Source: Enoplolaimus lenunculus (lineage: Eukaryota). From it: a DNA stretch of 64,000 nt. The notes below the pieces were generated by a model, which searched no databases, had not been told where the DNA came from, and saw only the letters and a list, made by a program, of their open reading frames with translations. The DNA lies in NCBI GenBank assembly GCA_030248215.1, contig JASANG010000295.1, positions 1 through 64,000 of the forward strand, given 5' to 3'. Positions 38,901-51,372 of this stretch are shown here, in pieces. The position numbers were made by a program, and so were the translations under genes. Positions within the stretch are counted from its first letter, which is position 1, and each line of letters opens with the position of its first letter.

Positions 38901-41900
38901 AGAATAATATACAGTGTATTATACTATTTCAGTACGTTGAATACTTTATCGACAAAGGTGTGCTCGGTGTCAACAAACATCTCAGTTACACGGTTCTCGA
39001 ACATAAATCGCCTCGTATTGCGCCGTTTACCCACGGCAAATATGACTCAACCCTGGAGCAACCGGTCAAGTTGCCTGTTGTACCTCCAACGCTGATTGGC
39101 GTGTGTCGTCTGATACAGATTTATTATGTTTTAAAGGTGAAGCGATTTTGAGATGTATACAAGTGCCGCATACCTTCAGTAGCGATAACATTTGATGCAG
39201 GAACAGATTCCATGGCAACGGCTACGACTTTCAAAAAGATTATTTCTGTAAATTGTCGCCAATACAGATTGCTTTACGAACAAAACTAGCTATAGTTTTG
39301 TGATTGGTGCGGACCTTAGGCTCAAAAAATGGTGGCTATATGCCCGTCATAGACCAAATCCTCGGAAGAACTAGGGTGGCGCTATACTTTTAATGACGTC
39401 CGGCGCCGTCCGTCCCCGCTTGCCATCGTCAGGTGCCGGTCGTACTGTACGGCACCGAACTACAACGCACGTGTATTGATGAATGTGTGGCACATCATAT
39501 CAAGTTTGAAACAAATTTTTGACGTGTTGTACCGCAAGACACCGAACAACAAATATACCGTTTCACTAAAATAATTATACTCATCGGTAAATTAGAAACA
39601 TGAAAAAAATACTGTGAAACCGCAATCGCTTGATTTTATTTCGAGTAAAATCGTTTTAAAAAAACATTTATTTTGCAAGAAAAATAATGAATGATACAAT
39701 TTTGTTTTTTAATTTTTCATTATTTTTCAGGTAAGCTTGGAGCTTGAGAAAACTGGCGAAGATTTAATGATGGAATTTCCGTTCACAGTTGCGACAGTTC
39801 CGTATCGAATTCCGAACTCTACGTCGGTTCAACGTGTAGAATATGGTAAATTTGAAAATTTATCGTACATTATTTAAGGTGGATAAATCTACATAATTAA
39901 AAAGTGCAAATTTTGATTTTTTAAATAAAATAAATTTAAAGTTTTTTGCATGATCACAAATATTAGCACGTTATTGTAGTTTATTCGCAACGCCAGTAGT
40001 GATACAACCGGCAGCATGCGAGAACAGGGGTGTTTTTGGTATAAGTCAACATCCCTAGAAAATATAGAGGCGTGGCTGACAATCCTAAACAACCAATAAA
40101 ATGACGTTTTGCGATTGAAATTAAAAATTTAAGATATATATGCAAACCATGAGCTGTTTTTTGCTCGTTTCGTTCGCGAAATTTTCAAACTAGTCTGGCC
40201 TTACTTTTGAATTTGCACACTTAGCAAAAAGCTGATTCAGTATCGGACCGTCCCAAAAACAAATCTGTGATCTCCATTCCATTTTGGAGTTAGTAGCTGC
40301 AACCCTGTTTGACGGCTCTATGTAAAAACGATTGACACGTCCATACATACAGGTCCACTACTGTGATTGCGGTTCGAATATAAAAAGATCAACTAGTTTG
40401 AATTGCTGAAAAATATTTATTGCAACACACAACGATGACTTAATTTCAATCTTTTTCTCTAAATTATTCTGTGTGACAGCAGAAATAATTTTTGACAAGT
40501 GTACTTTATATTTCAAACATATTTCGGACGAAACCTTTTTAAAATATATGAAATATATCCATATTATTAAAGCGGAAACGCCTCACATACGTATTTTGGC
40601 AGCGTTCTAACCGATTTTGATATACGACGTGGTATGCAAATTAGTTACTAAGACGTCGGGGTTGCAAATTCTGCAACCATTTTGACTAGTCTAGATTATT
40701 AAAGCGGAAACGTCCCACATACGTATTTTGGCGCGTTCCAACCGAATTTTATATACGTACGTAGTATGCAAATTAGTTACTAAGACGTCGGGGTTGCAAA
40801 TTCTACAACCATTTTTACTAGTTAGTTTTATTTGTAGATTTTTGTTCAAGTCACGTCGAAGGCGGCATGTACATATCGCCAGAGTTTCAACTCGGTCAAG
40901 TATACGATGGCACACTTCCCGAAGATGAAAATGTGCTGTTATATCGTCCAGTATACGTCAGGGTCCCGGCGAGCGTAAAAACGTCTGACCACGCCATATC
41001 AGCTAAAAACGGGCACAACAAGAAGCCTGGTGGCAAACATGCATCCGGCGCAACTCAAAAGACCGCAATGAAATCTGGAACAACAACAGATAATGTCGAT
41101 AGCAACAACAGCAACACTACGCCAAAAGAGCAAAGATCGCCGCAACCGCAACCTGATTGCAGCACCACGGATCCGAGCGCTACTTCTGTTGATGTAGGGC
41201 GGCAAACGTCGAACGATCAGCCTCGCGAAACGGTAGACTATTGCGGCGGAAACACTACTGAACTAATTATTGAAAATGGCATGAACTGTCGTCCGTCTAC
41301 AAGCGCAGAAGCCGGCTATACAACGCGAAGCAATGCTTCGGTAGAACAAAACGCTCCAGCTGCAACAACAGTTTCGCCATACGCCACCCAAAGCAAAACT
41401 CAATCAAAACGACTAGACCTATCGCTAACTGGTGCCGCAGTCAAATACAAAAACCTTAAAGACTTGACCGGAGGACCATCTGGAGTAACCGAACCGGTTA
41501 ACTTTGCTGCAAAAGTAACCACCAAACGCGCGTCGTATGATCAGGGAAATGAACATAGAACAACGGCGCTAAACCGTCACGAAGATGCATACAAACGGGT
41601 ATCAGACACCGGTGTGGCAGGAACCACTTCTGATTATCGTAATCCGCTGCTGGGGCAAACCAAACCGGTTTCAAAGCAAGTAGAAGTCATCAAAAACGCT
41701 TCAGAGTGTAGCAGTAGCAAACCATTACTTTTCGAGCACTTTCAAGCTGCTGGAGTAGCAGATGTTCAATTCAAAGAATCTCAACGAATTCAAAATGAAG
41801 ATATTGGTTCTTCAAGTACCCATTCAAAAGCAGGGTATTTGTCTGGACAGGCTAGACCAGCGGTCAGTCAACAGATGTCGAATTCAAAACAAAATGATCA

Positions 41901-42081
41901 GTTCACCACAACTGGAGCTTTGCCAATTAGCCGCGAATTGCATCCCGATCCGACCGCATCAGCGACATACTCTGCGCCAGTAAAACCTGTCACGTGCTCC
42001 AAAGCGTTTTTAGTATCGTATACAAGCGCCGAAACAGAAACTTGTCAAACATTTTTGGATTCAACACGCAATAAACGTTAA
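35677..42081 (+). CDS. Alpha-arrestin (arrestin domain-containing protein), about 736 aa
   Basis: Exons 35677-35788, 36006-36128, 36232-36368, 36622-36717, 38171-38350, 38933-39136, 39731-39845 and 40838-42081 are all GT-AG and in frame (2211 nt). Arrestin_N motifs [48 protein letters not shown]. Arrestin_C motifs [44 protein letters not shown]. Confidence 0.93.
35840..35982. repeat. (TA)n microsatellite in arrestin intron 1
   Basis: Direct reading. Confidence 0.95.
39888..40193 (+). mobile_element. Possible non-autonomous Helitron
   Basis: A|TCTACATAATTAAAAAG start, imperfect subterminal hairpin and CTAG|T end. Confidence 0.45.
40558..40821 (+). mobile_element. Head-to-tail dimer of a 132-bp non-autonomous Helitron
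   Basis: Units 40558-40689 and 40690-40821 each start with TC, carry the hairpin GGTTGCAAATTCTRCAACC and end in CTAG. The array sits between A and T with no TSD. Confidence 0.8.
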
Positions 42082-43748
42082 ATATTTGCAGAAACTTTAA
42101 ATAAGGGTATGATGGTTATTATAAATTACGAATGACTAAATGCATTCGAAATTCAACATGGAGTGATTACGCAAACATCATGTGTAATGTCACGAACTTT
42201 ACGCGAAATCTAAGCCATACGCTAATATATCAAAATCAATCTAGTAAAATTAAGCGTCAATGTTTGAATTGTTTTTCTTTATTTTTAAGCGAAATATTAC
42301 ACAGCATCTTTTGGCCACGAGTTTGGACCCGTGAAGAGTGAGGGCGAGTGGGAGCCACTCCGTACGAACAATTGCGCACTCCCCCCTGACCGCAAATTTT
42401 TGCAATTGCATTAACAAAGTCTTGTATTCGGAAAATTAAAAGGTTTCCTTCCACACTCTGGAAATATTTATACACTCTCTAATAAGAATTCATCGTAGCG
42501 AGACTATGCTACTTTTAATCTGCAACTGCATCGTAGCAATAAACTGCAAAAATTCTACAAAATTTATTTTCGACGTATTGAAAACTTTTTGAAACACCAT
42601 TTTTGATATGCATTTTCCACTTTAGGAATTGTAAAAACACTTAAAGTGGAATTTTTTATTATCTATCGTGGTTTTGGTGTGTTTGACTTCATTTTCTAGA
42701 TAACAGATTAACGGTACCTGTTTTCTTCATCCTCCCACAGCAGTGACCAGTTTGATTATAGGAAGCAAAAAAATTTTCCCACTATATACTATTTATAATT
42801 TTCGTAAAGCCTGAATTAAGCCTAAGACTAAGCGTAAACCTATCATTTTCGTAAAGTCTGAAGTTAAGCCTAAGACTAAGCCTAAACCTAACTCTAAGCA
42901 TGAGTATAACCCTAGAACCTGAATCTACTATATTATTCAGCAACGTGTGGTAGGAACTTTTTGTGGAAAATGCAAGCAAGGGCCGGTTTCTTATTTATCA
43001 ATCAAAAATTATTGCATTTTAAGAAATCTTGTTGTGTTTAAGCTCGAAACTTTGATTTCAACAAGTGAACGCTGTATCATTGCTTTATATGTGTCATAAA
43101 CTTTTTTATTTTAGGGAAAGATTGATTTAACGAGTCTTTCCGTAATTCCCCCAGCCGACTTTTGCCCAAAATGGTCAGATTTCGAAATCTTTGCTTATTT
43201 GAGATTCTCATACGTTCACGAGAGCATTTACACCGTCAATTGGATTGTTTGCAAAATTATGATTGTAAGAGGTCTGAGGTTCCCCTTGGGACCGGAAAAT
43301 TTTTTTCTCGATAGTTAAAAATTTATATATCATTCACAAAACCCGACATAATTGTAGCTGAAAAAATGGTTTTTTTGCGCCGTCACAAAACGATGAGTTA
43401 AAACATTTACGAACGCGCCCGTTAATTTCAATTGTGCAAAATCATTTCAAAACTGAAATGCAATTTTGATAGTTTTTCCAACACGGTCTTTCATAACGGA
43501 GCTTTGTATGCGAATAAACTCTAAAAATGAGTCGCTTGAGTATACCCAGATTTAACCCCTTCTCACATAGAATAGGCTTTTGTCTCTCTGAATATAATGT
43601 GATTTCGCCGTAAATCTGGAATATCATATGCTACTTATTTGCATAAATTCATTTCGAGAAACGAAAGTTTCTACGTATGCAAACCTATTTATATGCGGAT
43701 GTGCAGTGGGCCGGAGATGAACACCACTTGTGGGAAGTCGTGCTCACT

Positions 43749-46700
43749 ATGGTGGCGTCCGTTCTGCCTTGGTATTTGCTGATTTGTGTAATATGTCTGT
43801 CAACTTCTGCTTCGGAAGATTTTATAAATAATTAGTGTTCTTCACGAACTGAAAATTTGTAAGTTGCACAAAATTCATACATGTAACCGCAATAAAATTT
43901 CGAGTCTGTGATAATTTGAATAGTATTGTCATTTGCTTCTGCAATGTGCAGATCCAGAATTTCTGAATGGCAACACATCGTTAGACGCAGGTAAAGGTGA
44001 TCTGAGCGCAACACTTCGAGTTTATAATTGAAAGTGTGACGCATACACACCTCGGCCAATGTATAGAACCGGCGGTAAACAGTAGTATGGGCCAGTGTAA
44101 AGAACAGGGCCAAGCCTGTTAAGAGTGATTTTTTCTTGTCTTGCTAAAAATTCCACAAGAAAATGTTCCCCTCAATCCCTCGCCGTGTACTGAAGTGACC
44201 CGAATAAGAGAAGGGGGACTGATATCTATTTGGTCACTCCTGAGGGGACACCCTCCCCTGTTATTCAGTTGCGGATAGTTATGTTTTTAACCCACTCTCC
44301 GGCGCCCTTCGTTATTGACATATTTCCGGTGTTGCAACTATCCGTTAAACTGAATGTTGATTGGTCTTGAGTCAAAAGCTTGAGCGATAATGCAAATTTA
44401 TACTAAGGAATATACCTTCAAAACTTAAGTATGCTTTAAAGTTTCGAACTCAACATTATTTCTACCTGGAGTCATTTATGCGATATAATTTAGGGATAAT
44501 TGATACTTATGGACTCTAATTAGGGTTTAGGGACTATCCGCTTACGGACTCTGATTTGGGATACGGACTCCTATTGATTGGGACTCAAAACGGGGACCCC
44601 TCTTATATCCCCACTCTATTCGGGTTACTATAGTATACGTCCCTGTTCTATCCACGGGACCACTCCTCAATATATATGACGATTTAAAAAGTGTGGTAGA
44701 TCTTGCGCCTCCAGTTTTATCCCCACGTACCTACCACTTTAAATTTTTTGGTCGGCTGGGGTGTGTCCAGGATTTTATTTCAGATGGGTATAACCATACA
44801 GGTGCAAGTGGGTAAAACATTTTTTACGCGCGCTGCGCTTTACCCGCGAAAATTTTTTTACCCGCGGGTATACCTACCCGCACCAAAATCTTCACCCACA
44901 TTTAAGCCGTTGTTTACCGTTTTTATGAAAATTTTACGAGGATAAAAAATCACAATTTCATTACCCACGCTTTGAAATTTTATACCAGCGGGTACACCCG
45001 CGTCAAAATTTTCTTACCCGTACCCGCGTTACCCGCGAGTACCCGCAGACAGCGTGTAGCTCTGGGTATAACTACTGATCTATATTTGAAGGCCTAAGCC
45101 TCTGTGTCCCCATAATAGGATTCGCTGTTGACGTTAAGAGTTTCTTCCCGGCCCGAGCTCTTGACAACCGTTGTATGTTTTTTAAAATGTCATTTGTGCA
45201 ATTGTCACGTTATAAGGCAATCGTAGTTTGGGTCAATTGTCGCATTTGGACAATTGTCGTCGGGCAGTATCATTTCGACAATTGTCGTTTGATCAGTTGT
45301 CGCATGTGGGCAATTGTCGTTTGGGCAATTGTTGTTTGGGCAGTTGTCGTTTGCGTAATCGCCGCTGACTCTTTTTACTTTCATTAAAACGCGTGAAAAC
45401 CAATATAAAATACAAATACAACTTTACTACCGAGCAAGGCGGAACCAGAAATTTCTGACGGAGGGTGGCGGGTTGGCAAAATTATGAAACGCAATTTTTA
45501 CTATATGCAATGTATGTTTTAATTGTCGGCCCATGGAAAGACTAGTTGCGAAACATTACTCTGAAAAACTGCAATGAAGTAAGCTTAAGGTTTAGGTTAC
45601 TTATTTTTTGATTTAGGAATACTGCATTTACGGCCCTATGCTATATATTAGCCCAATTTTCTTAGAGAAAACGAAGTTGTATGGTAGGGACCTTACCATT
45701 TTATCACAAAACGTTTCTGATCGGGGGGAATACGCCACTGTCGCTCCTTACTCGATCCACTGGTAGTCCCAAGTTACGAGTCTGATTTCATCATAGTTGT
45801 AAAATCTGTTGCAGGTTGTCGCTTGGTTAAAAACAGCGAACGACTTGGTCCACTATTAAAGGCACCGCATGAGGCCATACAAATTTTATTAGCCTTGTTC
45901 AATACGTCAAAAACTTACATAAGACCGATTGCTAACTAACGATAGGTGCTACCCCGTGTTGAGAATACCAGCCAAGACCAGAGATCAAATTCTCGAGTGA
46001 ATGGTCGCTAACTGGTGCAAGTGCTATACGCATCTGCGAATCCTGAATTTATGCTAAACCATTCAGGACCACACCTAACGCTCCAACGAACTAAGACCTG
46101 AACGAAACGATTGGCTTAAGTCACCAATATCACCACTAAACCAGCTACTTTACTGAATACTACGAACGAGCCATACACCATAGTTTAACAATGAAACCTT
46201 TATCAAAAGAACCGGATGTTTTGCTCGTGCCTTTAATATAATCTGGTTGAGTTGACACTGTATATGGCAAGGTTGGCGAACCAAGTAGTAAAGCAATTTT
46301 ATGACCCAAAACTTTGAACCAGACTTAGATTTGTGATTCGCGGGCGTATCGCCAGAGCACAAAACCTGACGGTGTTGATATATTTCTTTTTGTATCACGG
46401 TTTTGCATAAAACTTTCCACGCTCCCAGAGGACTCATTTGGGATACCTTAGCTGGGCATATGCTTGATTGTGAAGCAAACACAGTCGCGTCTATATCGCA
46501 GGTGTAAAATTTCTGACACATTGAGAAAAGGTTATCGCAGTTTGTCATAGTTTAGAAACCTTTTAGGGTACAACCGGACCAACCGATATGAGATCAGGTG
46601 GTTCAACGTGAAAAAAATATGGCTTGTTGCGGGAGCAGTATGTGTGTCTCTTATAGATGCGGCGTCGCTTCTTGTACTCCAGCAGAAGCTCAGTCTTCAC

Positions 46701-48218
46701 AGCAATTCTCGACCTACCTAGAAGATTTTTTAGCTTCGCACGTAAATACTGCGAAATGCTCCTAATCCCACCTGACATTTTGTTGGCAGCTATCATGGCA
46801 TGCTGGTCACGGGACTGAGATTCGTTTATCTGTATTCACAACTGTGCTGTGTTGTAGCAGCTATGTATTTAGTAATAGGTTATAAATTAACGAAAGCTGC
46901 GGATTTGACGCATGATTCACATGCAGTAGCAGGATGCGGTGAGTACAACAATTATGCTAAATGTTGAAAGCTATCTGCAACTAATTGCTTAATGAAGTAG
47001 CATGGCCTATTACCAACTTTTATACGTGCTACACACATTTGAGAATATGGGCCTTTACTTTCAATTAAGCCTTGCTATTTGTGCTCAAGGAACACATCGT
47101 AGGAGTTAGTTAAATTTGGAGCCAATCACTATCTGTGCCTGACTAGGATTTGCAGAAACAATAGACTTACATTTTTACGACTCGACAAAACATTTCCGAT
47201 TCAGCAGTAAATTGTTTTTTCACTGTTTTGCAATTTTAGTTTATAGAAACATGATCGCAAAATTTTGCGGTGTGCATTTACAATTTCTGACTTTGAGAAT
47301 AGCAGTGCTGTGCAGGCTTGTCTTTTTCGGGATTATTGTGCACACAAATTAAATTGGGTTGAAATTTCAAGACTCCTACTTTCTTAAATTTTCAAGACAC
47401 GAATGTCTCATATTTCAGACAATATAGATTTAAAAAGTGCCGAAATTCGTGTCTGAAATGGATAAAAACATAAATGTCTTATATTCACTGTGTTATTCAA
47501 GAATTAATTATTGAGTTTTATGTATGCAAAAAGCTGCTCCGTTTAAATTCCTAAGAGTTTATATAAGTAATCGAATTTCAAAGATATTTTGGTTGAGTTC
47601 AGTCTCCCCCCAACCTAAGTTTACGTCTTGGACGTATCTTATGCTGTAAAATTATGAACTTTAGCCATCCATTTTGGAGTCGGTTGTCCCAGCGAATCCG
47701 TCTTGTATTTCAGACATATTTGTCTTGTGTTTGAGAAGTAACTGTTTTAATTGTTCACGAAACAGTCTTAAATTTCAGACTTTTAAGTCCGAAATATTTC
47801 AGACCCATATTTCTGAAAAATTTAAGAAATACTGGAATTCAAGACATGCGACTGGAATCTGTATTAAGACAAAATTGTCTTAAATTTAAGACAAATTTTC
47901 TTAAATATAAGACAGTTTTTTATGTCTACTTCAATATTTCGTCATTTTTGGCAATTCTTCAAGACATCGAATATCCAAGTGCTACAAAACTTTTCTGTTA
48001 CCCATTTTTTGGGTCGCAACGCTTATGTTTGAGCTGAGGTCTGGTTGTTAGCCATATCAGATTTTAGCTCCCAATTTCACGTGTTAGCTAAGTCATTTGG
48101 TCAGGTCAGCATAGGATCAAGATAATAAACAATACGTTTGCTGGGGTTTTTCTTGAACAATGTCCATCTGCTCACATTAATTTTTGGATGTTGTTGTATC
48201 GCTTTCTTTCGTTCTTTG
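43749..48218 (+). pseudogene. Probable decayed gene for a signal-peptide or membrane protein
   Basis: MVASVLPWYLLICVICLSTSASEDF signal-like start with a stop or frameshift before donor GTAAGT (about 43859). Further exon-like pieces at about 43951-43989 (PEFLNGNTSLDA), 45814 (CRLVKNSERLGPLLK), 46610 (KIWLVAGAVCVSLI) and 48116-48218 (EQCPSAHINFWMLLYRFLSFF), with many stops between. Confidence 0.3.
44190..44633 (+). mobile_element. MITE family A, full length
   Basis: TA|CTGAAGTGACCCGAATAAGAG ... CTCTATTCGGGTTACTATAG|TA. Confidence 0.85.
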
Positions 48219-48721
48219 GTAAAGTTGTGAGGGAACATTATGACGTAGATTACACATATTCCTATATCTCGGCCTAAGTCTAAGCTTTGAAAAAGTGGAT
48301 TCCTATGTCTAAGCCTATAAAGCGTACGCAGAAATGTGGCCTAGAATCCAAGCCTACTCTTTTACACACCTTCCAGAAACTGGGACGCCCTAAAAGTAAC
48401 ATGCGTCCCGAAAACGGTACTGATCAATTTCACTCGCACCATTGTGTCAAGAATTTTAGTTCAGAATTTTCAATAAAAATGGTTCTTGTATATCCAAAAC
48501 ACATAGCCTTTTTAAGACTGCCGCTAGCGAAAACAGGAGTTACCGCCCGAGTGCGGTTACAATAAGCTTGAGCCTCACTACAAAGATAAACCTAGAAAAG
48601 AGAGTTGCGCTCTAAAATTCTGGACAAGATTCGCGACACAAGGTGTTCAAACCTTCTAAACCCCTGGGTATGATTGCCATCCCTGAACCGGCCCAGTGGT
48701 AGAATCAGATATAACCAGAAC

Positions 48722-49066
48722 CAGGGTACAACCGGAAGTCTGCCTCCAGCTCCGGTCCGGCTGCGGTAGAATTTTTGCTGGAGGTGCTGGCAATTTCGGT
48801 AGTAAACTGTTGCATAATTTTCCAAAATTTATTTGTTTACCGCGTTTTGCTTCACTTTTGTTACAATTTTTAGGACAGAATTCCCGAAGTTTCGCAGAAA
48901 ATTAGTGTAAAACCAAACACTTAACAACACATTGCAGATATTGGCTAAAATTAACTAAACCATCTTTTTTATTGCCTAATTTCGCCTCGCCTTCGGCTCA
49001 GGCAAGTTTCGTTGACCTCCGACTCCGGCTCCGGTTCAGGTATTTTTCGCCTCCGGTTGCATCCTG
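48722..49066 (-). mobile_element. hAT-like MITE family C
   Basis: CAGGGTACAACCGGA ... TCCGGTTGCATCCTG; inverted relative to 4705-4911. Confidence 0.8.
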
Positions 49067-49069
49067 ACC

Positions 49070-49358
49070 CATTGGCGGATCCATGGGGGGCCACCCGGGC
49101 CGCGCCCCCCCAACAGCATCTCGACAAAAATTATATAGTGTCAATTGCTGTTCTACGAAATAAATTGAAGTCCATAACCGCTAATACTAAAACATTTTCC
49201 GAAAATAGCAGGTAGTTCCAAGTCATTCAAAACAGAAACTGATATTGCTGAAGCTGACTGGATTTTACTTTTCCAAATTAAATTGGCTTCCGAATCCGAG
49301 CCTTTAAATAATTGAACGAACGTAAGGAAATCAATTTTATGGTATGGACCCGCCACTG
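49070..49358. mobile_element. hAT-like MITE family E
   Basis: CATTGGCGGATCCATGGGGG ... GGACCCGCCACTG; shares its end with 26579-26751. Confidence 0.75.
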
Positions 49359-49922
49359 CTCTGACCGGAACCATGTATAAAAAGCATTAAAATCTTAACA
49401 AACCAAAAACAATGTGTCAACCGCTTTTTTAAAACGCTGTTTTGATTTTTGAACTCATTTTAAGCAAGTTTTTTCACAGTAATTTGCACATTATTTGTTA
49501 TTTTATATGTTTATGCCATTGGCATCATGTTGTTTTTTATAAACAAACCACAAGAATGCTACATACATATTCGTTGTTGTTGCTGCATGCCACGTTTGTA
49601 ATGCAAATTAATGTTTTCATACGCACACATACCGGAATAAGAAGTTATACAGCGACGGCATGGTGTAGTGCATTTTTATGCTTATTTCTGCGCAAGAGGC
49701 CAGTGATTCAATTCATGATCGAAAACAACGAAAACGGCTGGACGTTTCTAGGAACATAAAATTGAACCTGTTCTAAGTGTATTTTTTCAGATGCCAGCAT
49801 AATACATGAGTTTCGGTCTTTTTTTGTGGAATATATACATAAAACAATACGCCTTGGCAATCACGGATTGTTATGGGCGACATTCAATTACCGATGTAAA
49901 GTGAAATTTTTAAATGCACTAT

Positions 49923-50066
49923 GGGCCAATGTTACTTTGAGGGGCGTAACAGTAGATTAAGCGCATTCCTAAGCCTAAGCCTAAGCAAAAAATGTAACCT
50001 AGAATCTAAACCTACTCTTTTATAGACCCACCAGAAACCTGGACGCCCCTTAAAGTAACATGGGCC
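49923..50066. mobile_element. Short TIR element carrying (GCCTAA)n
   Basis: GGCCAATGTTACTTT ... AAAGTAACATGGGCC termini with CCTAAGCCTAAGCCTAAGC inside. Relatives at about 5984-6088 and 48232-48408. Confidence 0.75.
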
Positions 50067-51199
50067 GCACTATTTAACCCTATTTCGCCGAAGTCCACAT
50101 TTGGGACTTCGGCTGGTTTAACTTTTACATGCCGAAGTTCCACATATGGACTGTCGCTCCTGACAACGTATTCAAAATCAGCCGTTTGTTGGCGCAAAAT
50201 AGCTTTAGAATCTGTTCACAGCAACTTACAGTATGCGCAATTAGCGTAGGTTTAAAAATAATGGCTTCAGCTTCATGAAGTTTCACATCTGAGAAGATTT
50301 GCCTATGGCAAAAACAAACTTTCGCTATGTTTACAAGTTCCATATGCAGGACTTCGGTTCATAGGAAACGAATAATTTTTAAATATTGCATAATATCTTA
50401 TATGGCAAAATCCGTTATTGTGGAACACTGCATAAAAGTTTCGTTTTTCAAACAGCCAAAGTCCGACATGTGTGACCTGATCTCAAATATTAATTCCAGT
50501 TTAAAGTCGACTACTGCATCGTTTATTGCACTATATTCATATGTGTAGTCTATGTTGCAAAATTGTCGCGGGTACTCACTGAAAAAAATATACTTAAAAT
50601 TAAAACTATTGCCGAATTAAGTGCCGGTTTTACTTTACTATGGTGCTTGGCAAAGTTTTACTTAATTTTAAGCAAACACAAAATGTTTAGCTTTACATTT
50701 ACTTAATTAATCAGGAAATGACAGCAGCAGTTTTACTTATTTACATCATTTAAGCAAAGATTTACTCAATATTTAGTACACTTATACTTAAAAAAGTTTG
50801 TTAAATATAACTATAGCATTTTATGTAGACTGGTTTTAAGAGTACACTGGAAACATACTCAACATTGCCGTCTAATAATGAGTGTTAAGCATAATTTAGT
50901 AACTCACTTCATTAATAAGCAAATGAAACCGATTTTGGGCATACAAAGGGGACGTTGTCACGGACACACTTCCCACCCCTGTCAACCGTTCGGCTGCTAT
51001 GCAATTCTTTGACATTCTGTGTGGCCATTGGAAGTAAAACGTCTACCAAAAGCAAGCTATACCGAATTGGCAGTTGTAATAATGAATTATGGGGGGTGAG
51101 TTGTTTTTTAAATCTAAACAAGACAAAATCTGAAGTTTATGGCATACAAATTAAGCGAAGTGCGGCCTCGGAACAGGTTTGGTATTGGGCATTATTAAT

Positions 51200-51372
51200 C
51201 ATTGTTCTGGTTGTTGTTGATGTTGTTGTTGTCGTTGTTGTTGTCGTCGTTGTTGTTGTTGTTGTTGTTGTGGGTGTTGTTGTTTTTGTTGTTGTTGTTT
51301 TTGTTGTTGTTGTTGTTGTCGTTGTTGTTATTTTCTTTGTTGCTACTGTTCCTGTAGTTGTTATTGTTGTTG
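51200..51372. repeat. Imperfect (GTT/AAC)n trinucleotide tract, possibly a Thr-rich coding segment on the minus strand
   Basis: Direct reading. The minus ACA frame gives TTITTTGTVATKKITTT...PTTT...STTTRTMINN. Confidence 0.85.

Noticed and set aside
46150..46796. Two adjacent minus-strand ORFs (132 and 77 aa)
   Set aside because: No recognisable domain or splice structure; more likely shadows of decayed plus-strand coding sequence.
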